Below are positions 10,455 to 21,156 of a stretch of 64,000 bases of DNA, one piece after another. How positions within the stretch are numbered: the first letter of the stretch is position 1; every line of letters starts with the position of its first letter. The stretch covers positions 192,001 to 256,000 of the forward strand of contig CAVRCJ010000011.1 in NCBI GenBank assembly GCA_963719515.1. Direction: 5' to 3'. A program made the translations under genes and the position numbers. This DNA comes from an uncultured cyanobacterium (GTDB lineage Bacteria > Cyanobacteriota > Cyanobacteriia > CAKZMO01). Below the pieces are notes generated by a model. That model was not told where the DNA came from. It was given only the letters and a program-made list of their open reading frames with translations, and did not search any database.

Positions 10455-12146
10455 ATGGATCGCTCCCCCTCATTGCAGGTCATCACCAGACGTCTAGCGA
10501 GGCTTCGTCAGCGCCAATCTCAGTTCAGCGTCTGGTCGCTGGTCACTTTGGCGATCGCCCTGCTGATTTTGCTGCCCATTTTGGTGGTGCTCAGCAGCCT
10601 ATTTGCCGACTCCGGCGACATTTGGAGCCATTTAGGGGCTACCGTCCTGCCGATCTACATTCGCAATTCGCTGCTGCTGATGGCGGGCGTTGGGTTTGGG
10701 GTGATTGCGCTTGGGGTGAGCGCTGCCTGGCTGGTGACCACCTGCCGGTTTCCGGGGCGACGGCTGTTCGAGTGGGGGCTACTGCTGCCCCTGGCGGCCC
10801 CGGCCTATGTGCTGGCCTACGTCTACACCGACCTGCTAGATTACTTCGGCCCGGTGCAGTCGGCCTTAAGGGCCCTGTTTGGCTGGCAGGGCAGCGGCGA
10901 CTACTGGTTCCCCCAGGTGCGATCGCTGGCGGGGGCCGCGATAATGCTCTCTCTAGTGCTCTACCCCTACGTCTATATGCTGGTGCGGGTAGCGTTTTTA
11001 GAGCAGTCGCTCTGCACCATTGAGGCTAGCCGATCTCTGGGCTGCAGCCCCTGGCAAAGCTTTTGGCGAGTGGCCCTGCCCCTGGCGCGGCCCACCATCG
11101 CGGCGGGTACGTCTTTGGCCCTGATGGAAACCCTCAGCGACTTTGGCACGGTGCAGTATTTTGGCGTCGAGACCTTTACCACCGGCATCTATCGCACCTG
11201 GTTTGGCCTAGGGGAGCGGGTGGCGGCCTCGCAGCTGTCGTCGGTGCTGCTGCTGTTTATCCTGGCTCTAGTGGTGCTAGAGCAGCGATCGCGGCGACAG
11301 AGCCGCTACTACCAAACTGCCGCTGCTCCGCAGCAGAGGTCAACCTACAAGCTGACGGGCTGGCGAGCGGGGGGGGCTTGGCTAGCCTGTGCCCTGCCGC
11401 TGGGCCTTGGCTTTGGGATCCCGTCGCTGGTGCTGCTGCTGTTGGCGATCGCCAACGCGACTGAAAACTTCACGGACAATTTCTGGAGCTACGCGCGCAA
11501 CAGCGTTTTAGTCGCCAGCGTCACGGCGGTCATCGGAATTGCGCTGGCCCTCATCCTGGCCTACGGGCGGCGGCTGCAGCCGGGTCTGCTAATGAATGCC
11601 GCCGTGCGCACGGCGGCGCTTGGCTATGCCTTTCCGGGTATCGTCATTGCGGTGGGTATCCTGATTCCGGCAGGCGCAGTTGACAACGCCCTAGACGCCT
11701 GGATGGAGCGGACGTTTGGCGTTTCGACGGGGCTGCTGCTCAGCGGAACGATTGTGGCCTTGGTGCTCGCCTACCTGGTGCGATTTTTGGCGGTGGCGTT
11801 CAACACGGTGAATACAGGGCTGCTGCGCATCAAGCCCAGCCTCGATGAGGTGTCCCGGTCTTTGGGCCATACCCCAACCCAGACGTTACTGGAGGTCCAC
11901 GCGCCGCTGATGCGGGCAAGCCTGTTGACCGCCGCCATTCTCGTGTTTGTAGACGTGATGAAGGAGCTGCCCGCCACCCTAATCGTGCGGCCCTTTAATT
12001 TCGATACACTGGCGGTCCAGGTGTATCGGCTGGCGTCGGACGAGCGGCTGAGCGAAGCGGCGGCCCCGGCCCTAGCCATTATCGTGGCGGGGCTGCTGCC
12101 GGTAGCCCTGCTCAGCTGGCGGATTCGCCACAAGCGCGTCGTGTGA
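10455..12146 (+). CDS. futB: Fe(III) ABC transporter permease
   Basis: Duplicated permease with LYPYVY, EASRSLG, DFGTVQYFGV and VMKELPATLIVRPFNFDTLA. ATG at 10455. Confidence 0.9.
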   Translation: MDRSPSLQVITRRLARLRQRQSQFSVWSLVTLAIALLILLPILVVLSSLFADSGDIWSHLGATVLPIYIRNSLLLMAGVGFGVIALGVSAAWLVTTCRFPGRRLFEWGLLLPLAAPAYVLAYVYTDLLDYFGPVQSALRALFGWQGSGDYWFPQVRSLAGAAIMLSLVLYPYVYMLVRVAFLEQSLCTIEASRSLGCSPWQSFWRVALPLARPTIAAGTSLALMETLSDFGTVQYFGVETFTTGIYRTWFGLGERVAASQLSSVLLLFILALVVLEQRSRRQSRYYQTAAAPQQRSTYKLTGWRAGGAWLACALPLGLGFGIPSLVLLLLAIANATENFTDNFWSYARNSVLVASVTAVIGIALALILAYGRRLQPGLLMNAAVRTAALGYAFPGIVIAVGILIPAGAVDNALDAWMERTFGVSTGLLLSGTIVALVLAYLVRFLAVAFNTVNTGLLRIKPSLDEVSRSLGHTPTQTLLEVHAPLMRASLLTAAILVFVDVMKELPATLIVRPFNFDTLAVQVYRLASDERLSEAAAPALAIIVAGLLPVALLSWRIRHKRVV

Positions 12147-12266
12147 GCCGAGGTCATCGACCGAAGTCCGGGATGGTATCACCTCCCCTTGACCCATCAT
12201 CGCCTTACACTGTAGTTGCGCTGCCCGTAGCGTAGCGCCCCACAGCGACCCCCACCATCGATTGCT

Positions 12267-12746
12267 ATGTTTATCGAACTATTATTCAACGCCGCCAATA
12301 TTTTCGTGCTGCCCTTTTGGGCCGCGATGATTGTGCTCCCCAACTGGCAGGTCACCCGCCGCGTCATGGCGTCGATGCTGCCTTTTGTTGCCCTCGCCCT
12401 GCTCTACGTCTACTTTTTTGTCCTCAGCGTCACGCCAGAGACCGCTCAGTCATTCAGCAGCGCCGGCCTATCGGAGATTGCCCAGCTGTTTGCCGACGAG
12501 CGCGTTGCCGCCACCGGCTGGGTTCACTTTTTGGTGATGGATTTACTCGCCGGACGCTGGATCTATCAAGACGGACAGACTAACGGGATCTTCACGCGCC
12601 ACTCGCTGGCGCTGTGCCTGTTTGCTGGACCCATGGGATTACTCTCCCACGTGGTCACCCGCTGGATTGTCAACGCTCGGCGAGCCGCTGATGGCGAGGT
12701 ACCGGTGGGGGAGGCTGCCGCGCCGCCCACCTCTAGCCAGGCTTAG
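12267..12746 (+). CDS. ABA4-like / DUF4281 membrane protein
   Basis: VLPFWAAMIVLPNW, GWVHFLVMDL and CLFAGPMGLLSH motifs. Confidence 0.8.
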   Translation: MFIELLFNAANIFVLPFWAAMIVLPNWQVTRRVMASMLPFVALALLYVYFFVLSVTPETAQSFSSAGLSEIAQLFADERVAATGWVHFLVMDLLAGRWIYQDGQTNGIFTRHSLALCLFAGPMGLLSHVVTRWIVNARRAADGEVPVGEAAAPPTSSQA

Positions 12747-12876
12747 CCACCCGGCGCAGGCCAAGGCGGAATGATCTGATGCGAGGCTCAAAGCGGGAAA
12801 GGAGCTTTGCAGTAGCCGTCAAAGATGCGATTGTGTCACCATATGGGTGACGCATCCCTAAACCCCAAGTACCACT

Positions 12877-13086
12877 ATGAACGAGCTTTCACCGTTAATT
12901 AGAGAAATATCTAGCCATCCGGTTGCCTTCTTTGGAGGCTTCTTCTCCGGCGTCTTTCGCCTGAACCTCAACGACGACCCGGTTAAAAACTGGTTGTCAG
13001 AGCATAACGTTAACGGCCCGGTCCAGCCGCCATCTGTCCGACCTGGAGACAACGGCAGCGGTCCCCAATCGATTTCTATTGACTAG
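12877..13086 (+). CDS. Small conserved cyanobacterial hypothetical protein
   Basis: HPVAFFGGFFSGVFRLNLNDDPVKNWL...GPQSISID pattern. Confidence 0.7.
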   Translation: MNELSPLIREISSHPVAFFGGFFSGVFRLNLNDDPVKNWLSEHNVNGPVQPPSVRPGDNGSGPQSISID

Positions 13087-13140
13087 ACCTGACGGCAGCT
13101 GAGTAGGGGTAGGGCGGCCTTGCCCCCACTCAGCCCTAGC

Positions 13141-13989
13141 CTACAGGCCGGAAATGGCGTGGCTGGGCACGCCTAGAGGCGTCAGTAGCTCATCAAGCCA
13201 AGAGACTACCTGAAGCCGCAGCCGGCAAGAGCGCCGATTTGCGGTTTCGTAAGAGAGCGGCAGCTGCTGCAGCGCCTGGTAGTAATCGGCAACAGCGCAG
13301 TTCCAATCGCCATCGAGGTGATATGTGCGACCTCTTTCCGCGTAGATATGGCCTTCTAGCAGGCGGAAGCTGAGCGCTACCTCAAAGCAGTGCAGTGCGC
13401 GCTCGTACTGATGCATTTCTCGGAACGTAATGCCTTGGTTAATCCAAGCCCGCACGTTATGAGGATTGAGGTCGATGGCGGTTTCGTAGTCCAGGATGGC
13501 TTCCGATAAACGGCCTTGATGGGCATAGTAGTTGGCCCGGTTGTTGTATACCCGGTCGAGCAGTGGGTTTAGCTCGATCGCCTGGTTGTAGTCGGCGATC
13601 GCCTGCTCTGGCTGGTTACTTTGGAAATAGACTAGGCCTCTATTGTTGTAGTCCGTGGCGCTGCTGGGGTTGAGGGCGATCAAATGGGTAAATAGGGCGA
13701 TCGCCGTAATGTTGTTGCCCTTTCGAGCTTCGTCCAAGGCACGTTGACGGATGCGAGATGATTGCTCTAGCTTTGCCTCATGTTGAATCAGTATTTCCAA
13801 TAGCTGGGCTGGACACCCTTCTGGGTCAACCGCCGCTTTAGGCGCGTCGCTGCTGGAGGAAGTTGCCTGGGCATCTTCAGGAAATACGGGTAACGTTAGG
13901 GCTTCAGGAGTTGTCAGGAACAGAGTATTCTCAGTGAGAGCGTGACGATTTCTAGCAGAGTGCGCGTCCATTCTAGGCCTCGTGATCAA
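13141..13989 (-). CDS. TPR-repeat protein
   Basis: Repeated YNNRG/AIADY/AIELNP motifs. Start uncertain. Confidence 0.85.
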   Translation of the reverse strand: MITRPRMDAHSARNRHALTENTLFLTTPEALTLPVFPEDAQATSSSSDAPKAAVDPEGCPAQLLEILIQHEAKLEQSSRIRQRALDEARKGNNITAIALFTHLIALNPSSATDYNNRGLVYFQSNQPEQAIADYNQAIELNPLLDRVYNNRANYYAHQGRLSEAILDYETAIDLNPHNVRAWINQGITFREMHQYERALHCFEVALSFRLLEGHIYAERGRTYHLDGDWNCAVADYYQALQQLPLSYETANRRSCRLRLQVVSWLDELLTPLGVPSHAISGL

Positions 13990-14435
13990 GATTGGTGTTG
14001 TAAACGTCTAAGGTTGCGGGCGGCGCTGCCCTAATTGCAGTGCTAGCACCCGCCAATGGTTTGGTAAATGCACTCCTATACTCTTTGATACGGGGTTGAG
14101 CTACTGTTGTTCGAGGTTGAAACTACGGAAATTTGATTTGGGGCTTTAGGGGGACATACCCCACAACTCCCTGCAAAGCCCGACTCAACGGGCTAAACGC
14201 CCGACAGCACAAAGGTTTACTTAACGAAAAGCGGTGGGAGCGCGAATTTACGTAGTCCTACGGATGCCGCTCGAGTTTTGCGAGAAAGCGCAGTCTTTTC
14301 AGCGGTTGGCGGCGGCTTTGTTGTAACGGTAACGACCATATCTCAGCATCTACGTAATTAGTCGGGGCTGGTATTGGTGACGGTTCTCTACGGTTTACAA
14401 GGGGAAACGCAATAACGCAGAGCGCCCGCGATAGA

Positions 14436-14933
14436 ATGACAGCCGTTGACCGTTCGCAAAGGACTATGCCTAGCATGACCAATCATTCAGCTACCGATAT
14501 CTCAGACCATGCTGAGAGCTACGTTGTTCTAGGGCTAGCGCACTGTTTTGTTCGCGACGAGGGAGAGGTCCACGAAGTCGAGGTCGTCGAGCCAATCCCG
14601 TCTGCGGCTTTAGAGGCTTTGCTCAAAGGCATTCCAACCTCATACAACAAAGCCTGTGCTGTTCTGCTAGGGGACGTGCTGCAGCAGGAGACGCCTCAGC
14701 TGCCCTCCGTTTTCCCAGACAGTGCTCAAATCTGTGACGATTTTGCAAGCCGTGCGTTAGCCGCTGCCCGCACTTACCAAACTAACGAGAGTGCCCAGAC
14801 GCATATTCCGACGGGGTCGGTCTATGACGCATTCAACTTCTCGACGGAGCGAAAGCGTATCCTCAATTCAGAGCGCATTATCAAAACCGAGGATAACGTC
14901 AAGCAACATGAGTATACCCACAAGGTTTTGTGA
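14436..14933 (+). CDS. Conserved cyanobacterial hypothetical protein
   Basis: YVVLGLAHCF, EPIPSAALE and DNVKQHEYTHKVL. Start may be 14466 or 14475. Confidence 0.7.
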   Translation: MTAVDRSQRTMPSMTNHSATDISDHAESYVVLGLAHCFVRDEGEVHEVEVVEPIPSAALEALLKGIPTSYNKACAVLLGDVLQQETPQLPSVFPDSAQICDDFASRALAAARTYQTNESAQTHIPTGSVYDAFNFSTERKRILNSERIIKTEDNVKQHEYTHKVL

Positions 14934-15167
14934 GCTATCGCGGATTATTCCGTCTTAAGGCGTTTTAAGCCCAAATGCGGGGGATTTTCCATGCGCAGCG
15001 CCTCGGGTAAAGGCAAGTTCTGCCCGAAGCGCTGGCAGCCGCTATTGTGTCGAAAGGTATGCATTGATTAACTTTCAAGACAGGGTGTAACGCTCATAGA
15101 CACAAAGTTGATAACCTTACATTTACGTTGGTTTATTAAATCAATATAAAAAAGAGGCAACTTAATT

Positions 15168-15275
15168 ATGAACTCACGACACTTAGGCGAATCTGTGTCA
15201 ATGGGCGTCGTCCTGTTCTTGGCAAGCTTTAGCATCATTGGGCTAATGGCGCTGCAAAGCGGCGCGCTGCGATAG
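15168..15275 (+). CDS. 35-aa single-TM small protein (not in the ORF track)
   Basis: AAGAGG RBS, ORF MNSRHLGESVSMGVVLFLASFSIIGLMALQSGALR, AT-rich upstream region and a downstream terminator. Confidence 0.6.
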   Translation: MNSRHLGESVSMGVVLFLASFSIIGLMALQSGALR

Positions 15276-15332
15276 CGCTTTTAATCTCCGTTGAGTCTCA
15301 ATCGATTTAACTTTCAGCATTCATCCGTCTCC

Positions 15333-15366
15333 TATCCCCTGTGACAACGCAGGGGATATTTTTTTT
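15333..15366 (+). terminator. Rho-independent terminator
   Basis: TATCCCCTGTG-ACAA-CGCAGGGGATA stem followed by a T-run. Confidence 0.8.
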
Positions 15367-15409
15367 GCCGAAGTCAGGCGATCGCCCTCGGCGGCTCTGA
15401 TGTGGGTGA

Positions 15410-16504
15410 CTATAGCCAGTGGCCAAACTCATCCAAAAAGCGATCGCTCAAAATCGCCTCGCGGATGCGCACCGTGAACCGCACCAGCTCGGTGATGTTG
15501 TGAATCGACAGCAGGGTGTGGGCGAGCTGCTCCCGCGCGTGGATGAGGTGGCTGAGGTAGGCGCGGGAGTAGCGGCTGCAGGTGTAGCAGGGGCAGCGCT
15601 CATCTAAAGGCGTGAAGTCTTCTCGAAAGCGGGCGTTCTTTAGGTTCCAGCGCTCCCCCTCTACGATGGCGCTGCCGTGGCGGGCCAGACGGGTAGGAAT
15701 CACGCAGTCAAACAGGTCAATGCCAGCGGCTATAGCCTGGGCCATCTCTCGGTGGGTGCCGACTCCCATCAGGTAGCGGGGCTTTGTGGGGGGCAGTAGG
15801 GGCGTAGTGGCCTTAACGATATTTTGAATCAGCTCCGGCGGCTCCCCAACGCTGACCCCGCCTACCGCGTACCCCGGCAGGTCAAACTCCAGCAGCGATC
15901 GCGCCGCGCTCTGGCGCAGGTCGGGGTAGACGCCCCCCTGCACGATGCCAAACAGCGCCTGATGGGGTTGGTCGTGCTCGGTAACGCAGCGCCCCAGCCA
16001 GCGATAGGTGCGCTCGGTAGCCTGCTGCACCTCTTCGCGGGTGGCGGGGTAGGGGGGACATTCGTCAAAGGCCATGATCACGTCGGCCCCCAAGGTGTTT
16101 TGAATCTGCACCGAGCGCTCCGGCGTCAGGTGGATCATGTCCCCATTTTTGGGAGAGCGAAAGGTGACCCCCTCCTCGGTGATGGTGCGCATCTTGCTCA
16201 GGCTAAACACCTGGAAGCCGCCTGAGTCGGTGAGCATAGGGCCGTCCCAGCCCATAAAGCGGTGCAGCCCGCCCCCCCGAGCGACGATGTCTTCCCCTGG
16301 CTGTAGGTGCAGGTGATAGGTATTGGAGAGCACCATCTGCGCTCCTGTCTGCTGCAGCTGCTCGGTGGTGACGGTTTTGACGTTGGCCAGCGTGCCTACG
16401 GGCATGAAGCGGGGGGTTTCTACGGGGCCGTGGGGCGTCTCGAAGACGCCCGCGCGGGCGTGGGTGTGGGAGCAGCGCGACTGGAGGTGGTACTGAAATG
16501 TCAT
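15410..16504 (-). CDS. tgt: Queuine tRNA-ribosyltransferase
   Basis: [37 protein letters not shown] and CPCYTC motifs. Confidence 0.97.
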   Translation of the reverse strand: MTFQYHLQSRCSHTHARAGVFETPHGPVETPRFMPVGTLANVKTVTTEQLQQTGAQMVLSNTYHLHLQPGEDIVARGGGLHRFMGWDGPMLTDSGGFQVFSLSKMRTITEEGVTFRSPKNGDMIHLTPERSVQIQNTLGADVIMAFDECPPYPATREEVQQATERTYRWLGRCVTEHDQPHQALFGIVQGGVYPDLRQSAARSLLEFDLPGYAVGGVSVGEPPELIQNIVKATTPLLPPTKPRYLMGVGTHREMAQAIAAGIDLFDCVIPTRLARHGSAIVEGERWNLKNARFREDFTPLDERCPCYTCSRYSRAYLSHLIHAREQLAHTLLSIHNITELVRFTVRIREAILSDRFLDEFGHWL

Positions 16505-16511
16505 TTTATGG

Positions 16512-17405
16512 TTAAGCTACCGCACCTAGAATCATGCCGACCAGCAGCACGAACCCCAGGTAAACGTTTTGACGAAAGATGCGCCCGTAAAGCGAGGGCG
16601 GAATGTGGGAGCGGCGCAGCTGCCCGTATTCCCAGACCCAGCCCCCAGCGGCGATCGCGAGAGCGAGCCAGAATGCCGCGCCTAGGGCCAGGACGACGCC
16701 GGTCGCCGCCAGCAGCAGCACGGTGCCCAGGAAAAATAGCCCCACCGCCTGGGGAGCCTGGGGACCGAAGTAAAGCGCGCTAGAGCGCACCCCCAGCTTC
16801 AGGTCGTCCTGGCGGTCGGCCATGGCGTAGACGGTGTCAAACCCCAGGGTCCACAGCACCACCGCCTCCCACAGCAGCCAGGCGGCTACGGGCAGTTGGC
16901 TCGCCACGGCACTCCAGCTGATCAGCACCGCGAAGCCCCAGGCTAGCGACAGCACCAGCTGCGGGACAGGGAACACCCGCTTAGCTAGGGGATAGAGCAC
17001 AATCACCGGCACCGACAACACGCAAAGCAGCAGGCTGAGGGGGTTGAGGTAAAGCGCTAGTCCCAGGGCGCAGGCGAAAGCGACCAGCAGCACCACAATT
17101 CCCGTCTTCACCGTTAGGGCTCTCGCCGCCAGCGGTCGGTTGCGGGTGCGCTCGACGTTGGGGTCAATGTTGCGGTCCCACAGGTCGTTGACGACGCAGC
17201 CCGCCGCGCTCGTGGCCAGCGTGCCTAAGATGATGACCAGCACTAGGGGCAGAGGCGGCAGGGCTCCGGGGGCGAGGCTATGGGCTCCCAGAAACACGGC
17301 CCAAAGGGCCGGAATCATCAAGATCAGTCGTCCGGCGGGTTTGTCCCAGCGGAGCAGCCGGACGATCTTGCGCCAGGCGGGTTCATAAGGTTGAGGGGTC
17401 ACCAT
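16512..17405 (-). CDS. ubiA: 4-hydroxybenzoate solanesyltransferase (plastoquinone synthesis)
   Basis: [17 protein letters not shown] and [13 protein letters not shown] motifs. Confidence 0.9.
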   Translation of the reverse strand: MVTPQPYEPAWRKIVRLLRWDKPAGRLILMIPALWAVFLGAHSLAPGALPPLPLVLVIILGTLATSAAGCVVNDLWDRNIDPNVERTRNRPLAARALTVKTGIVVLLVAFACALGLALYLNPLSLLLCVLSVPVIVLYPLAKRVFPVPQLVLSLAWGFAVLISWSAVASQLPVAAWLLWEAVVLWTLGFDTVYAMADRQDDLKLGVRSSALYFGPQAPQAVGLFFLGTVLLLAATGVVLALGAAFWLALAIAAGGWVWEYGQLRRSHIPPSLYGRIFRQNVYLGFVLLVGMILGAVA

Positions 17406-17529
17406 AAATTGAGTTGTAGCGTAGACGCGACGCTGCTATCGTGCAGATGCGTCATATAGTACGGGTTTTACTGTGCCGGGTCGCTGCGTCGAGTTGCCCT
17501 GCGCTGCCCTTTTGAATAGTACCTTAACC

Positions 17530-19062
17530 ATGTCCAATCCTTCAGAGTCCGCTTCGGCTCAGCCCCCTGCGGCCCAATCTGCTTCGGCCCAGTCTGCTTC
17601 GGCTCAATCTCGCTCGGCACGCCAGCTCAGCCGCACGCAGCACACCCTCACCACGGGCGGCGGCCCCTTAGCCTATACCGCGATCGCCGACTGGCAAATC
17701 CTGCGCGATCGCGATAAGCCGGCGGCCGAGCTGTTTCACGTGGCGTACTTAGCCGATCAGGGCGGCCGCCAGCGCCCCCTCACCTTTGTCTTTAACGGTG
17801 GCCCCGGGGCGGCCTCGGCCTACCTCCACATGGGCGCGCTCGGCCCCCAGCGGGTGAGCTTTAACCCCGACGGCAGCCTGCCGAAGCCGCCGGTCCAGGT
17901 CGTAGATAATACCGAGACCTGGCTCGCCTTTACGGATTTGGTGTTTATCGACCCCGTAGGCACGGGCTTTAGCCGCAGCTTGGACGACAAGGACAAGGCA
18001 GAGGGCGAAAAGCCTGCTACGGACGACGACAAGCCCCAGGAAACCAAGTTCTGGTCTGTCGATCGCGACCTCAAGTCCCTCGGCGAATTTATTCAGGGCT
18101 TTTTGTCTCGTCAGCAGCGCTGGCTCTCGCCTATTTTTATTGCGGGTGAAAGCTATGGCGGCTTTCGGGTGGCGCGGCTGGTGCGACAGCTGCAGCAGGA
18201 TTATGGCGTAGGGCTGTCGGGGGCAATTTTGATTTCCCCTGCCCTAGAGTTTGGCCTGTTGGGGGGCAGCGACTACAACGTCACCCCCTGGGCCACGGTG
18301 CTGCCTTCTTTTGCGGCGGCGGCGGCGCACCACGGGCTGACCCAGCCTGAAACCCTGGACGCCTGCCTCCAGGAGGCCGAGACTTTCGCCCGCCGCACCT
18401 ACCTGCCGCTACTCGCCATGGGAGACGCGGCCCCTGACGAGGAGCGGCAGGCCGCCTATCAGCAGATGGCCGACATGACCGGCCTGCCGGTGTCCTTAGT
18501 GGCGCGGCAGGCGGGGCGAGTGGACCTGGGCGTGTTTGCCCGCGAGCTGTTGAGGGACCGGCAGCGCGTGGTGGGCCTATACGACGCGTCGGTGACTGCC
18601 ATCGACCCTTTCCCCGATCGCCCTACTTTCGACGGCGCAGACCCTACCCTAGACGGGCTAAACCGCCTATTTACTGGGGCGATCAACAGCCACCTGCGGG
18701 ATAACTTGGGGGTAGAGACCGACCTGACTTACCACCTGCTCAACTTCGAGACCTTCAAAGCCTGGCAGTATGACCTCAAGGGGGAGTGGCGACAGGGCTT
18801 TGTGGGGTCGGTGGATGAATTTCGCGCCGGGATGGCTCTCAACCCGCACATGAAGGTGTGGATCTCCCACGGCATTTATGATTTGGTGACGCCGTACTTT
18901 GGCTCGAACCATCTGGTAGATCTAATGCGGCTGGACCCGGAGCTGCGGGATAACCTGACGCTGAAGCATTATTTGGGGGGCCATATGTTCTACGCCTGGG
19001 AGGAATCTCGTGAGGCGTGGCTGCAGGATATGCAGGGGTTTTACCGGCAGGCGCTGGCGTAG
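17530..19062 (+). CDS. Serine carboxypeptidase, peptidase S10 family
   Basis: FNGGPG, IDPVGTGFS, GESYGG, YDLVTPY and GGHMFY motifs. The N-terminus has five imperfect 15-bp (SASAQ) repeats at about 17548-17622. Confidence 0.9.
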   Translation: MSNPSESASAQPPAAQSASAQSASAQSRSARQLSRTQHTLTTGGGPLAYTAIADWQILRDRDKPAAELFHVAYLADQGGRQRPLTFVFNGGPGAASAYLHMGALGPQRVSFNPDGSLPKPPVQVVDNTETWLAFTDLVFIDPVGTGFSRSLDDKDKAEGEKPATDDDKPQETKFWSVDRDLKSLGEFIQGFLSRQQRWLSPIFIAGESYGGFRVARLVRQLQQDYGVGLSGAILISPALEFGLLGGSDYNVTPWATVLPSFAAAAAHHGLTQPETLDACLQEAETFARRTYLPLLAMGDAAPDEERQAAYQQMADMTGLPVSLVARQAGRVDLGVFARELLRDRQRVVGLYDASVTAIDPFPDRPTFDGADPTLDGLNRLFTGAINSHLRDNLGVETDLTYHLLNFETFKAWQYDLKGEWRQGFVGSVDEFRAGMALNPHMKVWISHGIYDLVTPYFGSNHLVDLMRLDPELRDNLTLKHYLGGHMFYAWEESREAWLQDMQGFYRQALA

Positions 19063-19139
19063 GGTATGTTCCCATCAGGTAAACGCACCGTTGAATATGG
19101 CATTTGGTCAGCGATCGCCTGAATATCCGATAATAAATA

Positions 19140-19292
19140 ATGTCCAACAATGCGGTGCGTTTGCTCTACGCCCGCCCCGACGAGTGGTCCGAGCCTATTC
19201 CGCTGAACGACACCGGCGGCATTCTGCGCGGCCTCACGCCCACCGACGTCATGCGCATCCTCACTAAGCGCATCCCGCTGCCGCCTCGCTAA
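19140..19292 (+). pseudogene. Truncated paralog (C-terminal half) of the 25085..25423 small protein
   Basis: Translates as MSNNAVRLLYARPDEWSEPIPLNDTGGILRGLTPTDVMRILTKRIPLPPR. LRGLTPTDVMRILTKRI is identical in the 25085 gene. Confidence 0.75.
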
Positions 19293-19443
19293 GCTGGTTT
19301 GGTCGCGGCTGGGCTATCCCAACGGCCCCACCAGATAGCCCGCCGCGCCTTAGCAAGGGGTGGCCCGATCGCCCCTATGCCGATCGCTCTTTAGGACGCG
19401 ATGTAGCATTGCAGTAGATAATAGACCCCGTAGACTTCCCGCA

Positions 19444-19599
19444 ATGACCCCAGATAGCCTTTCCAAAAACGATTCACGGGCCTCTCGTGAACCGAATAGC
19501 CAAGACGAAGACGACAAGATCCTTTGTCCCCACTGCCGCCGCACGGCAACAAACGGCATCAAGTGCAAAGGAATTTGCGTTGCCGACAACGACTATTAG
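19444..19599 (+). CDS. Small Cys-rich cyanobacterial protein (51 aa)
   Basis: C-terminus CPHCRRTATNGIKCKGICVADNDY. ATG at 19444. Confidence 0.65.
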   Translation: MTPDSLSKNDSRASREPNSQDEDDKILCPHCRRTATNGIKCKGICVADNDY

Positions 19600-19689
19600 C
19601 CCCTGCCGCGCTTTCAAATAGGAGACTTCAGACGTAAGGCCCTCCGCCGTAGCCCTACAGTGGAGACATACTCCATCTAGAACCCCGCC

Positions 19690-20937
19690 GTGACTCCCTT
19701 CGATCGCCTCGTTGCCTGGCTCCCTGACCTCGATCGCCGCATCTGGCTGCTGTCATTCGGGCGGCTGCTGTCTCAGTTCGGCAACGGGTTCGTGCTTTTC
19801 TACGCCCCTATCTTTTTCGTCAACCAGGTGGGACTCTCGGCAACGGCGGTGGGAATCGGGCTGGGGAGTGGCTCTGTTTCGGGCGTGGTGGGTCGCTTTG
19901 TGGGCGGTACGGCGGCAGACTCTCCCCGCTGGGGACGCCGCAAAACTCTGCTGTGGTCGGCGGCGGTGTCGGCGCTGGCGGACGTGGGTCTGATTTTAGC
20001 GGATAACTTTCCCCTGTTTGTGGGGGCTAACCTGCTGATGGGGCTGGGCATTGGGCTGTACTGGCCTGCCACCGAGGCCATGGTGGCTGACCTCACCCAG
20101 TCGAAGGATCGCAACGAGGCCTTTGCCCTAGTGCGGCTGGCGGATAGCGTGGGGCTGAGCCTGGGCGTCGCCGTTGGCGGTACGCTGGTTGCCCTAACTG
20201 ACTCCTACCGAGCCCTGTTTGCCATCGATGGGGTCACCTACCTGCTGTTCTTCGCCATCATCTACTGGGCGATCGCTGAAACCCGGCAAAAAAACGCCGC
20301 CAAAACCTCACTTCAGGAGGGCTGGCGGCTGGCGCTGGGGGACGCCACCCTCTGGATCTACGTCAGCGTCAACGTGTTGTTTACCGTTTACCTGGCCCAA
20401 GTCCAGACCACGCTACCTCTCTACTTGAAGAACGTCGCTAGCGTTGCCGGGGCAGACACCGCTGGGTTCACCACCGCCCGCATCAGCGCCCTGTTCACCT
20501 GGCACGTGGTGCTGACGGCGCTCTGTCAGCTTCCCATATCGCGATCGCTGCGGCAGTGGCCCTACACTCGCACCTTGGCTTTATCCGCCGTAGTCTGGGG
20601 AGCGGGGTTCGGCGGCGTGTGGCTTACGGGAATGGCGCAGCAAGAATGGGCGGCGATCGCCTGGGGGGCCGTGACGCTGGCGGTGCTGGCGGTGGCGACG
20701 GTGATCTATCTACCCGCTGCGTCAGCCTATGTGGTGGATTTAGCTCCTAAGGCGCAGCGGGGCATCTATTTGTCAATTAATTCTCAGTGCTGGGCACTGG
20801 GCTACTTTGTGGGGCCGCCGCTGGGGGGCTGGGCCATGGACCAAGCTGGCGTCGTCAGCCACGGCTTTTGGCTGGCGCTAGGTCTGACGACTCTGGTGGC
20901 CGTTGCGGTCTTAATTCAGCTCGGTAAGCGCCGCTAA
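19690..20937 (+). CDS. MFS transporter
   Basis: About 12 TM helices and a G-x-x-AD-x-x-x-x-GRR motif A. Confidence 0.9.
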   Translation: MTPFDRLVAWLPDLDRRIWLLSFGRLLSQFGNGFVLFYAPIFFVNQVGLSATAVGIGLGSGSVSGVVGRFVGGTAADSPRWGRRKTLLWSAAVSALADVGLILADNFPLFVGANLLMGLGIGLYWPATEAMVADLTQSKDRNEAFALVRLADSVGLSLGVAVGGTLVALTDSYRALFAIDGVTYLLFFAIIYWAIAETRQKNAAKTSLQEGWRLALGDATLWIYVSVNVLFTVYLAQVQTTLPLYLKNVASVAGADTAGFTTARISALFTWHVVLTALCQLPISRSLRQWPYTRTLALSAVVWGAGFGGVWLTGMAQQEWAAIAWGAVTLAVLAVATVIYLPAASAYVVDLAPKAQRGIYLSINSQCWALGYFVGPPLGGWAMDQAGVVSHGFWLALGLTTLVAVAVLIQLGKRR

Positions 20938-21156
20938 TGCCAAGGTGCTGCTGGCTACTCTACGCGATGCGCCAAGGGCAATGATGACGCGGACGGTACG
21001 ACAAGATGGCCTTAAAAACCTTAGAAGATAAATCGTTCAGCGGTTTGATCTAGCCGTCCTCCGGTTTCTAGCAGGCCATTGACCCTGACGCTTCAAGCCC
21101 CTGCAGCCTTAGAAGCAGGAGCAATATGGCATTGCCACATCCTTGCCCAAAGAACT

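Noticed and set aside
15168..15275. psbK next to tgt
   Set aside because: It lacks the PsbK signature (LPEAY...DVLP...WQAAV).
17548..17622. 15-bp repeats as a regulatory array (also 42014-42057)
   Set aside because: In-frame low-complexity linker repeats inside CDSs; ordinary slippage.
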